Shown here: in pieces, positions 27,818 through 38,635 of the stretch
How positions within the stretch are numbered: the first letter of the stretch is position 1
Layout of the letters: each line of letters starts with the position of its first letter
Origin: a phage
Length of the DNA stretch: 64,000 nucleotides
Assembly: GCA_026209155.1 (NCBI GenBank)
Contig: GCA_026209155.1_3056.1
Strand: one strand, 5' to 3'
Notes under the pieces: model-generated
What the model saw: only the letters and a program-made list of their open reading frames with translations
Database searches by the model: none
Told to the model about the DNA's origin: nothing
Made by a program: the position numbers and the translations under genes

Positions 27818-28381
27818 TTACCATTCCAATGCTAGTTTTTTGAGTTGTTTCTGTTCTTTTACATTCTTAGTCACTTCTTTCAAAAAATCATCCGTGACTA
27901 AACCTTTTAGTTCTTTTAATACTAAAGGAAGTTTTCCATTTTTAGTAAGAATTGATTTATAGTTAATTGCATCGTTTGTATTAACTTGATACCGCTTAGC
28001 AAGTAACTTAATAATCAATACTTCAGTAGAATCTTCGACCAGTTTTGCCCATTTACCATATCTTTTACCCCGAGGAACAGCAGCCATCAGATAATTAAAA
28101 TGGGCTTCATCGCTTAAACCTGATCCAATTAAATTCATAGCATATACAGCTGGCATGCACTCAGGAAATTGTGATAATGCATTCTCAACCATGTATTTTG
28201 AATAATCTTTTTGAGCAATAGAGCATTTAGTTTTATTATTGATAGCCCCAATTATTTCAAAAAATTCATTTTCAGCTTTTTCCTTAAAAGAATCAGCAGC
28301 AGATTGGACAGCTGTCCAATCTTTTGAATACCAAGCAACTTGATGCTCGTTTAATTGAATATCATCTTCAAATAAGCTCAT
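27818..28381 (-). CDS. 62: clamp loader small subunit
   Basis: ATG at 28379-28381 gives [22 protein letters not shown]... (187 aa, T4 gp62 length); track ORF has a 7-codon upstream extension. Confidence 0.85.
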   Translation of the reverse strand: MSLFEDDIQLNEHQVAWYSKDWTAVQSAADSFKEKAENEFFEIIGAINNKTKCSIAQKDYSKYMVENALSQFPECMPAVYAMNLIGSGLSDEAHFNYLMAAVPRGKRYGKWAKLVEDSTEVLIIKLLAKRYQVNTNDAINYKSILTKNGKLPLVLKELKGLVTDDFLKEVTKNVKEQKQLKKLALEW

Positions 28382-28382
28382 A

Positions 28383-29342
28383 TCACTTCCACTGCATTTC
28401 ACATGCTAATTGAATGAAAAGATAAGCTAGATGCAATTCAGTATTAGCTGCAATACCATGATACTGATTATTTTCGCCGACAATTTCGTACATACGAATA
28501 ATACTCTGCGGAGTTACACGTGAATAGATTTCTTCGGCAAGTTTACCCACGAACCACGAATAATCAGCTGCATATTTTGGTGCTAAAGCTCTGAGTTGTT
28601 TAACATCTTTATTTTTGAGAGACTCAAGAACATCATCAATAGCACCACGATCGTTAGTAACCAGTGATAAAATACCAGCATCCAAAACACCTTTAGATGA
28701 ATAACTATCGAGCTCGCCAATAGTTTTACGAAAATCAGGAAAATTCTTTTTAACCAAAGCTGCTACAACTTTCATATCAGCTATAGCAATTCCTTCGCGC
28801 TTACAGATTTCAGTCAATCGCCGAATCATCTGCTTCATCATTTCAATTTTATCTTCATCGGTCGGTTGACCGAATGTAATAACTCGACAGCGTGACTGAA
28901 GTGGTTTAATAATACCATCAATATTGTTAGCAGTAATAATAATACTACAGTTTGAACTATAAGCTTCCATAAAGGAACGAAGATGTCGCTGAGACTCTGC
29001 TAACCCTGAGCGGTCAAATTCATCAATAACGATTACTTTTTGACGACCATCAAATGAAGCGGCGCTGGCAAAATTAGTCAAAGGACCACGAACGAAATCA
29101 ATTTTACAATCTGATCCATTCACAAACATCATATCAGCATTTACATCATGACACAATGCTTTTGCCACAGTTGTTTTACCTGTTCCTGGAGAAGGAGAAT
29201 GAAGAATAATATGTGGAATCTTACCTTTACTTGTAATAGATTTAAAGGTTTCTTTATCAAAGGCGGGAAGAATACATTCATCGATAGTAGATGGACGATA
29301 TTTCTGTTCAAGAATGTGTTCTTTTTCATTTACGGTAATCAT
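28383..29342 (-). CDS. 44: clamp loader ATPase subunit (AAA+)
   Basis: ATG at 29340-29342 gives [22 protein letters not shown]... (319 aa); Walker [11 protein letters not shown], Walker B DEFD. Confidence 0.9.
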   Translation of the reverse strand: MITVNEKEHILEQKYRPSTIDECILPAFDKETFKSITSKGKIPHIILHSPSPGTGKTTVAKALCHDVNADMMFVNGSDCKIDFVRGPLTNFASAASFDGRQKVIVIDEFDRSGLAESQRHLRSFMEAYSSNCSIIITANNIDGIIKPLQSRCRVITFGQPTDEDKIEMMKQMIRRLTEICKREGIAIADMKVVAALVKKNFPDFRKTIGELDSYSSKGVLDAGILSLVTNDRGAIDDVLESLKNKDVKQLRALAPKYAADYSWFVGKLAEEIYSRVTPQSIIRMYEIVGENNQYHGIAANTELHLAYLFIQLACEMQWK

Positions 29343-29372
29343 AATTTCCTCATTCAAGTTTTAGTGTAAATT

Positions 29373-29393
29373 ATAAAGGGCCGAAGCCCTCTA
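29373..29393 (-). terminator. terminator-like hairpin after gene 45
   Basis: agggc cgaa gccct at 29377-29390. Confidence 0.45.
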
Positions 29394-30080
29394 TTAAAAA
29401 TCGTGGGTAGAATCAGCTTCAAGAGCTACTACATAATTCGCATGTTCACCTTCAAATTTAGCAGCACCTTGTTTACCTTTTGCCCAGAGCAGAAGTTTAT
29501 AATTTCCTGGTTGCATTTTCATATTTGCCATATTGATAATGAAATTAAATGTATTTTCACCATCATAATCACCAAGAGTCAAAGAATATTTAACACGGGT
29601 TAAAGCAGAATCTTCTACTTTATTAAAACCGTTAATTACGATTTTACCTTCTTTTACCGTGATAGCAATTGTATCAATTTGCAGACCACGGGATACACGC
29701 AACAGTTGTTGAAGGTCTTCAGCTTTAATTTCAGTAACAACAGATGCTACCGGGAATGGAATTGGTTTATTAGGAGCAACTACTGTACTCGGATCGGCTG
29801 CTGGCCAAAAAATTGTTGAACGAGCATCAGCAATTTTAATATTTCCATCTTCTGACTGGGAAATTTCTGCATCATCATTAACTAGAGACAGAATACCGAG
29901 AAAACCGTTCAAATCGTAAATTGCTACATCAAAATCAATAACGTCAGAAATATTTGCTTCCGCATAAGTTGTACCATTAACTGCACGAGTCATAATAAAT
30001 TGACCAGATTTAAGCATAATACCGGAGTTAATAGTAGCGAAATTTTTCAAAATATTCAGTGTGTCTTTAGATAATTTCAT
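29394..30080 (-). CDS. 45: sliding clamp
   Basis: 228-aa [31 protein letters not shown]...; same length as T4 gp45. Confidence 0.9.
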   Translation of the reverse strand: MKLSKDTLNILKNFATINSGIMLKSGQFIMTRAVNGTTYAEANISDVIDFDVAIYDLNGFLGILSLVNDDAEISQSEDGNIKIADARSTIFWPAADPSTVVAPNKPIPFPVASVVTEIKAEDLQQLLRVSRGLQIDTIAITVKEGKIVINGFNKVEDSALTRVKYSLTLGDYDGENTFNFIINMANMKMQPGNYKLLLWAKGKQGAAKFEGEHANYVVALEADSTHDF

Positions 30081-30964
30081 TTCAATTTCCTATTTACATA
30101 ATAGTTAGACCAGGACCGTACAGCACCCTGATAAGATTCGTCGTTAAACCCATTAGCTACTGCAATTTTACGAAATTTATTATAACTCGGTTTTCCGTAA
30201 GCATGCCATAAAGTTTTTAATTCATCTTCATGTTCAATCCAAGTTCCTCTAGCTTTAGATTTTCTAAATTTTGATTTGAATTCCGGTAAATTATTTCTAA
30301 CAGTTGCTTGAATTGAAGCTCTCTGTCTTCTTTCAGCATTATTCCATAACTCTTTTTGAGATTTAGAAATTTTTGATCTTACACTTTCTGAATTCATTAT
30401 ATCACTAAACTTTTTAGCATAACTACAATCAAGATATTTCAATTTCATCTTATTTGAAAGTTTAAGCTTTTTCTCATCGGTCCAGTGATTCTTCATTGAA
30501 TTAGATATTTTATATTTTACGCCAGAACTATGTTTGTAACCTTTACGAATACCAACATAATCGGGCGTAATTTCAGATTGCGAAAGCTTTACAATTTTTC
30601 CAGTTAAAACATTTTTATATGTTCCATATCCTTTAGCGCCAATTAAAGTATTTTCATCTGCGTATGCTTTATTAAAATATTTTATATTGCTTTTTGCTTT
30701 AACTTTTAATTGAAAAAATCTTTCCAATTTTCTTGGATCTAATATAGTTTCAGCTAAAATTTTGACGGTATATTTAGTGGTTTTAATAAGCTCAAAATAT
30801 TCATCACTATAACTCGATGACACGCTTCCAGTATAAATCTTTCCAGCTGAATCAATTATATTTGTTCCATCGAAAATTGCGTTAATTTTTGAACCTATAT
30901 AATAACACGGAAAAATATTTTTAGCTTCCCGCTCTGGAAAGCTAATAAGATATACTAAATTCAT
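30077..30964 (-). CDS. homing-endonuclease-like protein (GIY-YIG-like N-terminus, NUMOD3-like basic repeats)
   Basis: 295-aa ORF between genes 45 and rpbA with 4-nt overlaps on both sides; LVYLISF...CYYIGSK motif and K/R-rich repeats ([16 protein letters not shown]). Confidence 0.5.
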   Translation of the reverse strand: MNLVYLISFPEREAKNIFPCYYIGSKINAIFDGTNIIDSAGKIYTGSVSSSYSDEYFELIKTTKYTVKILAETILDPRKLERFFQLKVKAKSNIKYFNKAYADENTLIGAKGYGTYKNVLTGKIVKLSQSEITPDYVGIRKGYKHSSGVKYKISNSMKNHWTDEKKLKLSNKMKLKYLDCSYAKKFSDIMNSESVRSKISKSQKELWNNAERRQRASIQATVRNNLPEFKSKFRKSKARGTWIEHEDELKTLWHAYGKPSYNKFRKIAVANGFNDESYQGAVRSWSNYYVNRKLK

Positions 30965-31350
30965 TTATTAAACTCGGCCACAATTGTTTCCGCAACAATT
31001 TGAGCAGCAACAATCAGACGTTCATCTGCATTACCGCAATATTCATCTTCAAGGCGTTCACCACATGAAGTCATAATAAATTTAGCACCAGCGTTTAGGG
31101 ATTCTGTAGTATGTTTGCGCATTAGTTCAATCCATTTATTACTTACTTCACGATCGATAGCTTCATAATACGCATGACGAGCAGGTGCAGATTTAATTTT
31201 GTTCTGAATAACTTCCATTGCGTTATCAGAAAGAGACAAAACCCATGCTCGACGAATTTTATTTTGGTTTTGTGGATTTGATTCAGAACGCACGTGTTTT
31301 GGCTGAATATCTTTTACGTCAACAGTATAATTCACAGTAATTTTAGTCAT
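30961..31350 (-). CDS. rpbA: RNA polymerase-binding protein RpbA
   Basis: 129-aa ORF at the expected position upstream of gene 45; same length as T4 RpbA. Confidence 0.65.
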   Translation of the reverse strand: MTKITVNYTVDVKDIQPKHVRSESNPQNQNKIRRAWVLSLSDNAMEVIQNKIKSAPARHAYYEAIDREVSNKWIELMRKHTTESLNAGAKFIMTSCGERLEDEYCGNADERLIVAAQIVAETIVAEFNK

Positions 31351-31359
31351 AATACACCT

Positions 31360-31548
31360 TTAGTCATAATAATCAGTAACAGTCCAAGCTTCATTTCTAT
31401 TGGACATTATTTTTGTATATTCTGATTTAAATGCATTCCTAAGCATAGATTCAGTAACTATATGCTCTTCATTAGAAAAATTATTTCTCAGAATATATCG
31501 TTTTATTTCAGGAATAGTTAATAGATGCTGTCCAGTTGAATATTCCAT
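31360..31548 (-). CDS. hypothetical small protein (45.2 position)
   Basis: 62-aa ORF. Confidence 0.45.
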   Translation of the reverse strand: MEYSTGQHLLTIPEIKRYILRNNFSNEEHIVTESMLRNAFKSEYTKIMSNRNEAWTVTDYYD

Positions 31549-31603
31549 GTTTTTCCTCCATAGAGATTATACTCTAATAAATTAAAGCATAATCTCTTAT
31601 AAA

Positions 31604-33286
31604 TTAAACCATTACAGTAAATCGACCAACTTTCTTCATTTGAAGATGCTGACCATATTCTTGCGGGTCATGGTCTTTATGCGAAATTATAAAAACATTA
31701 GTATTTTTCATTGAATTTATAATATTAGCTACACCTTTAATACCTTCGGCATCAAATGACCCATCAAACACTTCATCAAGAATTAATGTACTAATACTAA
31801 CACCAGATACGATAGAAGCAATATCACGCCAAGTAAATAAAAGAGCAATATCGATTCGTGCCTTTTCACCTTCACTAAATGAAGCATAACTAAAATCTTC
31901 ACGACCACGGGATTTAATTGTCTCATTAAATTCTTCATCTAATGTAAACACATAATCCGCTTCCATTATTTTAAGATAATGGTTAATCTGCTTATTAAAT
32001 AATGGAATGTACTTTTTAATAATAGCACCTTTAATACCAGAATCTTTGAGCATATTAGTCAAAATTCCTCGGTGGTATTTTTCCATTACTAAATTAGTTT
32101 TTGTCTTAACAATTTTATCAAGTTCTTCTTGAAGCAGTGCTATTTCATCAGCATGGTCAATAAACTCAGAAGATGCTTTTTCTATAGCTGCTTTAACTTT
32201 TTTAGCTTTATCTACTGTCGTGATTAGAGATTGCTTTTTATTGCGAATATCATTTGCCAACGACTGCTGGGTTTTAATATTATCTCGGTATTCATCAACA
32301 AGAACTTTTAAATTATCACGGTGTGTTGAAAGCTGTTCAAACGAATGCGTGCATTCAGAAACTTTATCTTTAATTTTAGAAACAACTTTATCACTGGAAC
32401 TCAATTGTGACAAACAGGTTGGACATAATCCACCTTCGTGATACATATTAATGACTTTATTATACGAGTCAATTTTTGATTTAATTAAAACTGCTTCTTG
32501 ACCGATTTTATTAAATGCATTAGTCGGGTCTTCGTCTAAAACAATATTAACTAATCTTTCATTAGCTTCTTCTATTTCCGATTTTAGCGTTCTAGCTTCT
32601 TTTGCCAAATCATCGTACATATTTTGCAGACGAGTAAGGTTGTCACCCGTTAATTTTTTCTGGCGTTCAACGTTATCATTATATATTTTAATTTGTTGGA
32701 TAATACTATCTTTTTTAACATCAAGCACTTGGTTCTGCGAATTTAATTCACGTATTAGTGCTTTATTAAGCTTATCCATTTCAGCTAATGTTCCTACCTC
32801 AAGCAGGTCTTCCACAAGCTTTCTTCGTGCAGGGGTCGACAAACCCATGAAAGGGGTATACCCTGCTGTACCAAGGACAACAATCTGCTTGAAACTGGCA
32901 TATGACATTCCGATAAGCTGTTCAAATTCTGCTTGGAAATCTTTACTGCTGGCAGATTCATTAAGACGTGTACCGTTAACGGTGATTTCGAAAACGTTTG
33001 GTTTTTGTCCTCTTTTGATATAGTACTTTTTCTCATCATATTCCATCCACAGTTCAACTAAAAGTTCTTTCTTATTTGTGCTGTTTATTAATTGACCTTT
33101 CTTTACATCGCGAAATGGCTTGCCAAAAAGCCCAAATGTGATGGCTTCTAACATAGTAGACTTACCACCGCCATTTCGTCCAGTAATAAGAGTTTTTTGA
33201 ACCTTATCTAATCGAATGTCAATAGGATTTCCACCTACTGACATTATATTTTGATACCTAACTCGGTTTAGTTTAAAATTCTTCAC
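31604..33286 (-). CDS. 46: recombination endonuclease subunit (SbcC/Rad50-like ATPase)
   Basis: 560-aa ORF; Walker A GRNGGGKST, central coiled coil with CPTC hook, signature/Walker B LDEVFDGS. Confidence 0.9.
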   Translation of the reverse strand: MKNFKLNRVRYQNIMSVGGNPIDIRLDKVQKTLITGRNGGGKSTMLEAITFGLFGKPFRDVKKGQLINSTNKKELLVELWMEYDEKKYYIKRGQKPNVFEITVNGTRLNESASSKDFQAEFEQLIGMSYASFKQIVVLGTAGYTPFMGLSTPARRKLVEDLLEVGTLAEMDKLNKALIRELNSQNQVLDVKKDSIIQQIKIYNDNVERQKKLTGDNLTRLQNMYDDLAKEARTLKSEIEEANERLVNIVLDEDPTNAFNKIGQEAVLIKSKIDSYNKVINMYHEGGLCPTCLSQLSSSDKVVSKIKDKVSECTHSFEQLSTHRDNLKVLVDEYRDNIKTQQSLANDIRNKKQSLITTVDKAKKVKAAIEKASSEFIDHADEIALLQEELDKIVKTKTNLVMEKYHRGILTNMLKDSGIKGAIIKKYIPLFNKQINHYLKIMEADYVFTLDEEFNETIKSRGREDFSYASFSEGEKARIDIALLFTWRDIASIVSGVSISTLILDEVFDGSFDAEGIKGVANIINSMKNTNVFIISHKDHDPQEYGQHLQMKKVGRFTVMV

Positions 33287-33546
33287 AAAAGATTCCTTTT
33301 AATGTATCTTTTAGACCATTCTATCATATCATCATAATCTAAAAAGTATTCATCAAATTCAGCCATGCAAACAACACCTTGTGCTGTTTTTGATGTAATA
33401 TAAATTATTCCAACATATCTAGAATCTTCTTCGGTATAATCAATGTTTGCTATGAATTCATCATTAATGTCAAATGTCGAAAACTTCACAGTATGCATCC
33501 TTAATACAAGATACGGCCATATCTCGCAATGATTTAGGTGTGTCAT
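33283..33546 (-). CDS. hypothetical small protein (46.1 position; start uncertain)
   Basis: 87-aa track ORF overlapping upstream ORF by 77 nt; an internal ATG at 33498 would give 71 aa. Confidence 0.35.
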   Translation of the reverse strand: MTHLNHCEIWPYLVLRMHTVKFSTFDINDEFIANIDYTEEDSRYVGIIYITSKTAQGVVCMAEFDEYFLDYDDMIEWSKRYIKRNLL

Positions 33547-33733
33547 TATCTAAAATGTTGAAGTTAAAAGATACAGCCCAGTCAGTGCAGACCGTGACCT
33601 TTTTAATACAATTATCTTCAACCTCTAGCGGTTCAAACCAATATTCAATAATTTCTTTATGCCCAATATCATCTTTTACTTCGCATTCAAAATGCTGACT
33701 CATCATAACATTTTTAAATTCATCAAAAGTCAT
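33470..33733 (-). CDS. hypothetical small protein (46.2 position)
   Basis: 87-aa ORF, 4-nt overlap with gene 47 start. Confidence 0.4.
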   Translation of the reverse strand: MTFDEFKNVMMSQHFECEVKDDIGHKEIIEYWFEPLEVEDNCIKKVTVCTDWAVSFNFNILDNDTPKSLRDMAVSCIKDAYCEVFDI

Positions 33734-34749
33734 TGTGTTGCCTCTACATATAACTGATTTGCATATTGAATAAGTGCTTCACGGTCAGAATCAGTGATGT
33801 CTGGAATTGCATTAATGTATTCTTCCATCAACGTCTGAAGAGATTGAACTTCAACTTCTTCACTGTCATCTGACTCGACAGAGTTATCAATCTTTGACAC
33901 AACTCGTAATGAATGCACAACTTTTTCTAGTTCAGATTCGAACTTCGTCAGATTTTTGTCTACCTCAGTTACTATAACACGTACTGATAGATTTGTAAAA
34001 TCTTTATAGTCAATTTTTCCCTTAAATGGATATTGAATTCGACGATGCCAGGTAGTGTTGTTTGGAATAAATTCCATTCGTTCTGTTTCTGTATCAAACA
34101 TCCAGAACCCACGAGGGTCATTCTCGTCACCTGCAGTTAGTGTCCATGGTGTCCCAATATATTTGACGTTAGCAGCCTCAGAGATAGTATGGAAGTGACC
34201 AGACCACACTTCTTTATAAGTCTTAAGGAAATCAGGTTCAAGACCGTGAGATTTCATTCCTTTATAAAAATAAAATCCATTCAGTTCCCAGTGACCAACA
34301 CAAAAGGAAGCAGATGAAGTTTTAATATGTTCAAGAATTTCACCGGTATTTTCTTCACACATCCAAGGAATTAAATCAATCAAACATCCGTCAAAATCTA
34401 CTGTAGTGGGCTTATCATACACTTTAACATTAGGATATTTAGCCAAAAGCTCAGTAGAGGCATTTGGAGTTAAAGTATTTTTAAAGTGCATATCATGGTT
34501 TCCTACAACAGTATGTAGGGTAATACCAGCATCATCAAGCATTTGAACTATTTCACGAGCGAACTCCATAGTTTTATGCGTGATTGCTTTTCGCACATCA
34601 AAAATATCGCCGTATTGAATCCATGTAGTAATTCCATTTTTCTTAGAATATTCTATTGCTTGTTTAATTCCATCCAACTGAATGGATTGAACCCACTCAT
34701 CATCGGCTTTAACGCCTAAATGCCAATCACCTAAATTTAAAATTTTCAT
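33730..34749 (-). CDS. 47: recombination endonuclease subunit (SbcD/Mre11-like phosphoesterase)
   Basis: 339-aa ORF MKILNLGDWHLG... with calcineurin-like metallophosphatase motifs (GDxxD, GNHD); same length as T4 gp47. Confidence 0.9.
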   Translation of the reverse strand: MKILNLGDWHLGVKADDEWVQSIQLDGIKQAIEYSKKNGITTWIQYGDIFDVRKAITHKTMEFAREIVQMLDDAGITLHTVVGNHDMHFKNTLTPNASTELLAKYPNVKVYDKPTTVDFDGCLIDLIPWMCEENTGEILEHIKTSSASFCVGHWELNGFYFYKGMKSHGLEPDFLKTYKEVWSGHFHTISEAANVKYIGTPWTLTAGDENDPRGFWMFDTETERMEFIPNNTTWHRRIQYPFKGKIDYKDFTNLSVRVIVTEVDKNLTKFESELEKVVHSLRVVSKIDNSVESDDSEEVEVQSLQTLMEEYINAIPDITDSDREALIQYANQLYVEATQ

Positions 34750-34886
34750 ATATCAAGAACCGTCATTGAAATGCAAAATAAAATTATTGAAATAAACCCA
34801 TCTGGTGTGCTAAAGAACCCAATCCAACATGCTCTAGTGAATAGATAAAATGCGAGAAAAAGTATCACATATCCAAGAAATATCAT
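34746..34886 (-). CDS. hypothetical membrane mini-protein (46 aa)
   Basis: Not in ORF track; stop overlaps gene 47 ATG (ATGA); MIFLGYVILFLAFYLFTRACWIGFFSTPDGFISIILFCISMTVLDI. Confidence 0.3.
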   Translation of the reverse strand: MIFLGYVILFLAFYLFTRACWIGFFSTPDGFISIILFCISMTVLDI

Positions 34887-34907
34887 TATATCAAACTCCG
34901 TATAAAG

Positions 34908-34928
34908 CTAAAGGGCCGAAGCCCTTTA
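34908..34928 (-). terminator. terminator-like hairpin at the end of alpha-gt
   Basis: aaagggc cgaa gcccttt at 34910-34927, overlapping the alpha-gt stop codon. Confidence 0.45.
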
Positions 34929-36128
34929 TTTTGTAATAATGTCAAACTGCTCTTTAAAGCAGAAGCTTGAATCTTGATGCTGATACAAAAATTCATAAGC
35001 TTTTTCGCGTTCACGGTCATAAAGAGCTCGGTCAGATGACAGTTCTTTAATACGTTCAAATGTTGATTCCATGTCATTTTCATCAAACCAAACGATACCG
35101 CTATCGTGCGAAATTAATGGAGTATTATCAACACGGAATTTTAAATTTTCGCCAGTAGATTTCCAAAATACTGGAATTGTTCCACATGCACCAAGCTCGA
35201 GATGAGTATATTCTAAAGAACGCTGTAGATATTTTTTATCTAATTTACTCAGCTGATAACCAAATCCGGATTTACTCATGCGTTCAAGCATTTCGCTATT
35301 TACATAACGGTCGAGAATTTGCGTCGGCAAATTAGGAGCAATTTTAATTTGGTCTACTTGATGAAGACGATAATACTCGTATGGAATTCCTTTTTCTTTA
35401 ATATGAATGAACGCTGGAGAACGTTCCAGACCTTCCATAATAGTACTTAGTCCTGCAGGTTTAAGATGTTTTTCGTGAAAATCAAACATCTGATAAAAGC
35501 CTTTCCATGTAGTAGTACGACCAATCCAACGATTGATATTCATGTTAATTTCAGAAACATCTTTCCAGTAGGTTGATCGAACCTTCGCAATATCCATGGG
35601 AGGCTGAAAGTTATATACGGTCGGTGCTTCTTCAATATCATCAAATAGAGAAACAGTTTCCGGATACCATTCTTTCATCAGAACTTTATTAAAATCACCA
35701 TTATCAGAATGGCTAAAAATAACATCAGCTCGACGAACAGTTTCTTCTAATCCCAAATTTCGGCGCAAAGAAAGAGAAGAATGGTCATGTTGATAAACTA
35801 CAACACGAACAGAAGGTTTAATGTTATCAATAATTTTTTTATAGTTATTAATAGTGTCTTCTTCAACCGAAGTAGCAGGAACTGAATTGATAATTAGAAT
35901 ATCACAATCATTTACCAGCTTAAGTGTTTTATCATATTCTTTTGCCAATAAAACCGGAATTGAAAATGATTTATAATCATGCGCGCAATTACGAGTAAAT
36001 GATTTATCTTTAGCATAAACCAAAGTTACTTCATGACCATTCTTAATAAACCAATCACGTTGCTCAAGAGAAAATTTAGTTACACCACAACCTTCAAGAC
36101 CTCGAGCCATAAAAATACATACTTTCAT
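34926..36128 (-). CDS. a-gt: DNA alpha-glucosyltransferase
   Basis: 400-aa ORF M(K)VCIFMARGLEGCGVTKFSLEQRDWFIKNGHEVTLVYAKDKSF...; matches T4 alpha-gt closely as recalled. Confidence 0.9.
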   Translation of the reverse strand: MKVCIFMARGLEGCGVTKFSLEQRDWFIKNGHEVTLVYAKDKSFTRNCAHDYKSFSIPVLLAKEYDKTLKLVNDCDILIINSVPATSVEEDTINNYKKIIDNIKPSVRVVVYQHDHSSLSLRRNLGLEETVRRADVIFSHSDNGDFNKVLMKEWYPETVSLFDDIEEAPTVYNFQPPMDIAKVRSTYWKDVSEINMNINRWIGRTTTWKGFYQMFDFHEKHLKPAGLSTIMEGLERSPAFIHIKEKGIPYEYYRLHQVDQIKIAPNLPTQILDRYVNSEMLERMSKSGFGYQLSKLDKKYLQRSLEYTHLELGACGTIPVFWKSTGENLKFRVDNTPLISHDSGIVWFDENDMESTFERIKELSSDRALYDREREKAYEFLYQHQDSSFCFKEQFDIITK

Positions 36129-36150
36129 TTAATATCCTCTTTGTTTTGGT

Positions 36151-36180
36151 TTATTTTACCAAAAATTTATAAAGCAATAT
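36151..36180 (-). promoter_or_regulatory. MotA-dependent middle promoter for alpha-gt
   Basis: Minus strand ATTGCTTTA - 11 nt - TAAAAT (plus taaagcaat 36170-36178, atttta 36153-36158); preceded by hairpin aggagc cgaa gctcct (36181-36196). Confidence 0.45.
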
Positions 36181-36365
36181 AGGAGCCGAAGCTCCTATCC
36201 ACATAATACGCCATACAGAGGCTCGTTAGAACTTTTAAATTTTATGCGCTTATATTTTATAGTTCCTTCTGCTTTATCATGAGACTCTTTAAAGCGTCTC
36301 ATCATTTCCTCTTTAGAGGAACGAATTTTATTATAATCTATTTCAGAAGTCTGGGTGTTCATCTT

Positions 36366-36572
36366 TCATAATTGCCACCATTTTTTGACTTGATAAGAAT
36401 CAACCCACACTTTCATATTAGGGTCTGCTCTTACAATAGGAGGATTAACTTCTTTAATTGAACTATCATGGTATTCTTTTTCAGAAATTTTCACACAAAG
36501 ATGACCATTCAAAGATTCAGTAAATCCTGCATTAATTTTAAGACGCTTGAATTTTACGTGTGTAAGCATCAA
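36366..36572 (-). CDS. hypothetical small protein
   Basis: 68-aa ORF. Confidence 0.4.
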   Translation of the reverse strand: MMLTHVKFKRLKINAGFTESLNGHLCVKISEKEYHDSSIKEVNPPIVRADPNMKVWVDSYQVKKWWQL

Positions 36573-36855
36573 TCATATCCTCAATTTGCGATCTAGTAGT
36601 CTTCCAAAGAATACTGATGAGTTCATCGTTATATGGCTGTTTTAGAATATCCCGACTTTTCTTGATAGCATATTCGTATTGAGCAAAATTATTGTTTTCA
36701 GCTGCGATCTGAGCGTGCTTATAAAGACGATTCAGTTCGCGTTTGTTTTTAGACAATAACTTATTTGCTTTTCTTTCTGCTTCAAGACGGTTCTTTTCTT
36801 CAATAGAAGAAATAAGCTTTTCCACTTCATCATTAATTTCGGGTTTATCAGTCAT
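36538..36855 (-). CDS. hypothetical protein
   Basis: 105-aa ORF, helical and charged. Confidence 0.4.
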   Translation of the reverse strand: MTDKPEINDEVEKLISSIEEKNRLEAERKANKLLSKNKRELNRLYKHAQIAAENNNFAQYEYAIKKSRDILKQPYNDELISILWKTTRSQIEDMIDAYTRKIQAS

Positions 36856-36856
36856 A

Positions 36857-37075
36857 TTATTTCTCTAATATAAAATAAAAATCATCATCTGTTAAATGAT
36901 ACCGATAGTTTAATTCTACACCATTAGATTTAAAAGCGGTATCATACGGATTTTCTGGATCAATATCAATGTCAAGAGCTAAAACTTCCCTGAGATACAT
37001 TTTAAGTAAATAGGGAATAGCTTCAACTTCAGGTATTTCTTCCAAGAATCCGGAGAGGTTAATCGTTAGCCTCAT
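36857..37075 (-). CDS. hypothetical small protein
   Basis: 72-aa ORF. Confidence 0.4.
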
Positions 37076-37616
37076 ATAAAAAATCCAAACTAGGAGAATC
37101 GTCTACAACACTTTTCTTTTCAGCCCCCGGTGTTCTATAGGTTGATTCTTCGTAATGCGTCATTTTATCGTAGATGTCTTGAATAAAAGTTTCATCTACT
37201 AACGCAACCATATCGTCGTCACGACTGTCATAGACATTGTGAACGAAGTAACTGTATTTCTTTGCAACTTCCTTACGTTCTTTTTTAATACGTTGGACGA
37301 ATGCATTAAAACAAGCTTGAGTTATATATGCATGTGGGTTTTTATATTTCGTTTCATCAAAATTATGAAGCCCCTTAATAGAAGCTTCTATACCATCTGC
37401 AATCATTTCTTGTTTCCAAGATTGGGTGTATCCTGAAAAGTTGAAACGTTTAGATAAGCCTTCTGCAATAAGCATAATGGCTAATCCGATAGTATCATTC
37501 TGACGAACTACTTTATTTGGGTCTTTATTATTTGCTAATTCTGTTTTCCAATCAATAATAGCTTGTAAAAGCTCTTTATTGTTTACGTAATTATATTTAG
37601 GCTTAGTTTCTGACAT
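37059..37616 (-). CDS. 55: late-transcription sigma factor gp55
   Basis: Third codon ATG gives [30 protein letters not shown]... (185 aa), matching T4 gp55; track ORF begins two codons upstream at a GTG. Confidence 0.9.
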
Positions 37617-37698
37617 TTTCACCTCTTAGCTCAATTCATAGATCTATTATATCATAATATTTGAAGATCTATCTTAAAGCATAGAGGATGAATCAATT

Positions 37699-37920
37699 TC
37701 ACGCATTCATTAAATTAGCCGCTTCGAGAGCTGCATCTAGTGAATCAAATTGATCGACATATTCAATTAATTCGCCATAATTAGCATATAACCACCATTG
37801 GCTAAATTCATACTCAAGGATGAATCCGTTTCCTTCAATTTGAGTTAAACCATTACCGTTTGTATTTACTTCATATCCGGCAAGACGCAAATCGTTAATA
37901 AGAGCTTCATTCATATTCAT
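37699..37920 (-). CDS. hypothetical small protein (55.x)
   Basis: 73-aa ORF. Confidence 0.4.
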   Translation of the reverse strand: MNMNEALINDLRLAGYEVNTNGNGLTQIEGNGFILEYEFSQWWLYANYGELIEYVDQFDSLDAALEAANLMNA

Positions 37921-38243
37921 ACCTTAGTAATTTTCAGGTCTGCAAATTTTTTCTTGCGTTGATTTTTCATGCGACGAATAGTTTTATCGGAAATTTCATG
38001 CTTTTGATAAGCTTTAGATTCTACACCAAAAGCTTTAACATCAAATTCTGACAAGATATATTGAACCAACAATTCACGGATAGTATTACGTCCAATCTTC
38101 TGATCATTCTGTTTCATCGTCTGATGAAGCTCTTTTTCCCATTTATCCAAAATTTGAGGAGTTACAATATCGCCTTTTTCTAGCAGAGAAACTACTTTAT
38201 CATATGCATAAGAATTGATGGCGTTTTTAATTTGAATAGTCAT
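37917..38243 (-). CDS. hypothetical protein (55.x)
   Basis: 108-aa ORF. Confidence 0.4.
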   Translation of the reverse strand: MTIQIKNAINSYAYDKVVSLLEKGDIVTPQILDKWEKELHQTMKQNDQKIGRNTIRELLVQYILSEFDVKAFGVESKAYQKHEISDKTIRRMKNQRKKKFADLKITKV

Positions 38244-38281
38244 ACATTATCCTCAATTACGTTAAAATTTTATTATCCAAA

Positions 38282-38297
38282 AAGGGCCGAAGCCCTT
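38282..38297 (-). terminator. terminator-like hairpin
   Basis: aagggc cgaa gccctt at 38282-38297, overlapping the stop of the 66-aa ORF. Confidence 0.4.
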
Positions 38298-38496
38298 AGC
38301 TAAACTGTTTGGCACCCTTCCAGCCTTCATACATCATTGCGGCTGATATTAATATTGCTCCTGCGCATTTTGAATATTTGTGATTCCAAAACCAGTTCAG
38401 AAAAACTTCGTCATCAATACCTTGGGCTATCATATTTTCAAAGAACTGACGACGAGCTTCGGCAATTCGTTGTGATAATTTAGATTCAGGATTCAT
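38296..38496 (-). CDS. hypothetical small protein
   Basis: 66-aa ORF. Confidence 0.4.
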   Translation of the reverse strand: MNPESKLSQRIAEARRQFFENMIAQGIDDEVFLNWFWNHKYSKCAGAILISAAMMYEGWKGAKQFS

Positions 38497-38628
38497 TTAA
38501 ATTTTCCAGTTACCGTTTTCATCAATAAATTTAATCCAGTCATTTACTGACCACTTGGTCGTATCGCCTTTTGGAGCAACATTTAAAGTGTATAATCCTT
38601 GTTTAAAAAGCATGCGTTTGATATTCAT
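38497..38628 (-). CDS. hypothetical mini-protein (43 aa)
   Basis: Internal ATG at 38626-38628 with GAGGAAA RBS (MNIKRMLFKQGLYTLNVAPKGDTTKWSVNDWIKFIDENGNWKI); the 71-aa track ORF extension overlaps the upstream gene. Confidence 0.35.
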   Translation of the reverse strand: MNIKRMLFKQGLYTLNVAPKGDTTKWSVNDWIKFIDENGNWKI

Positions 38629-38635
38629 ATTTTCC

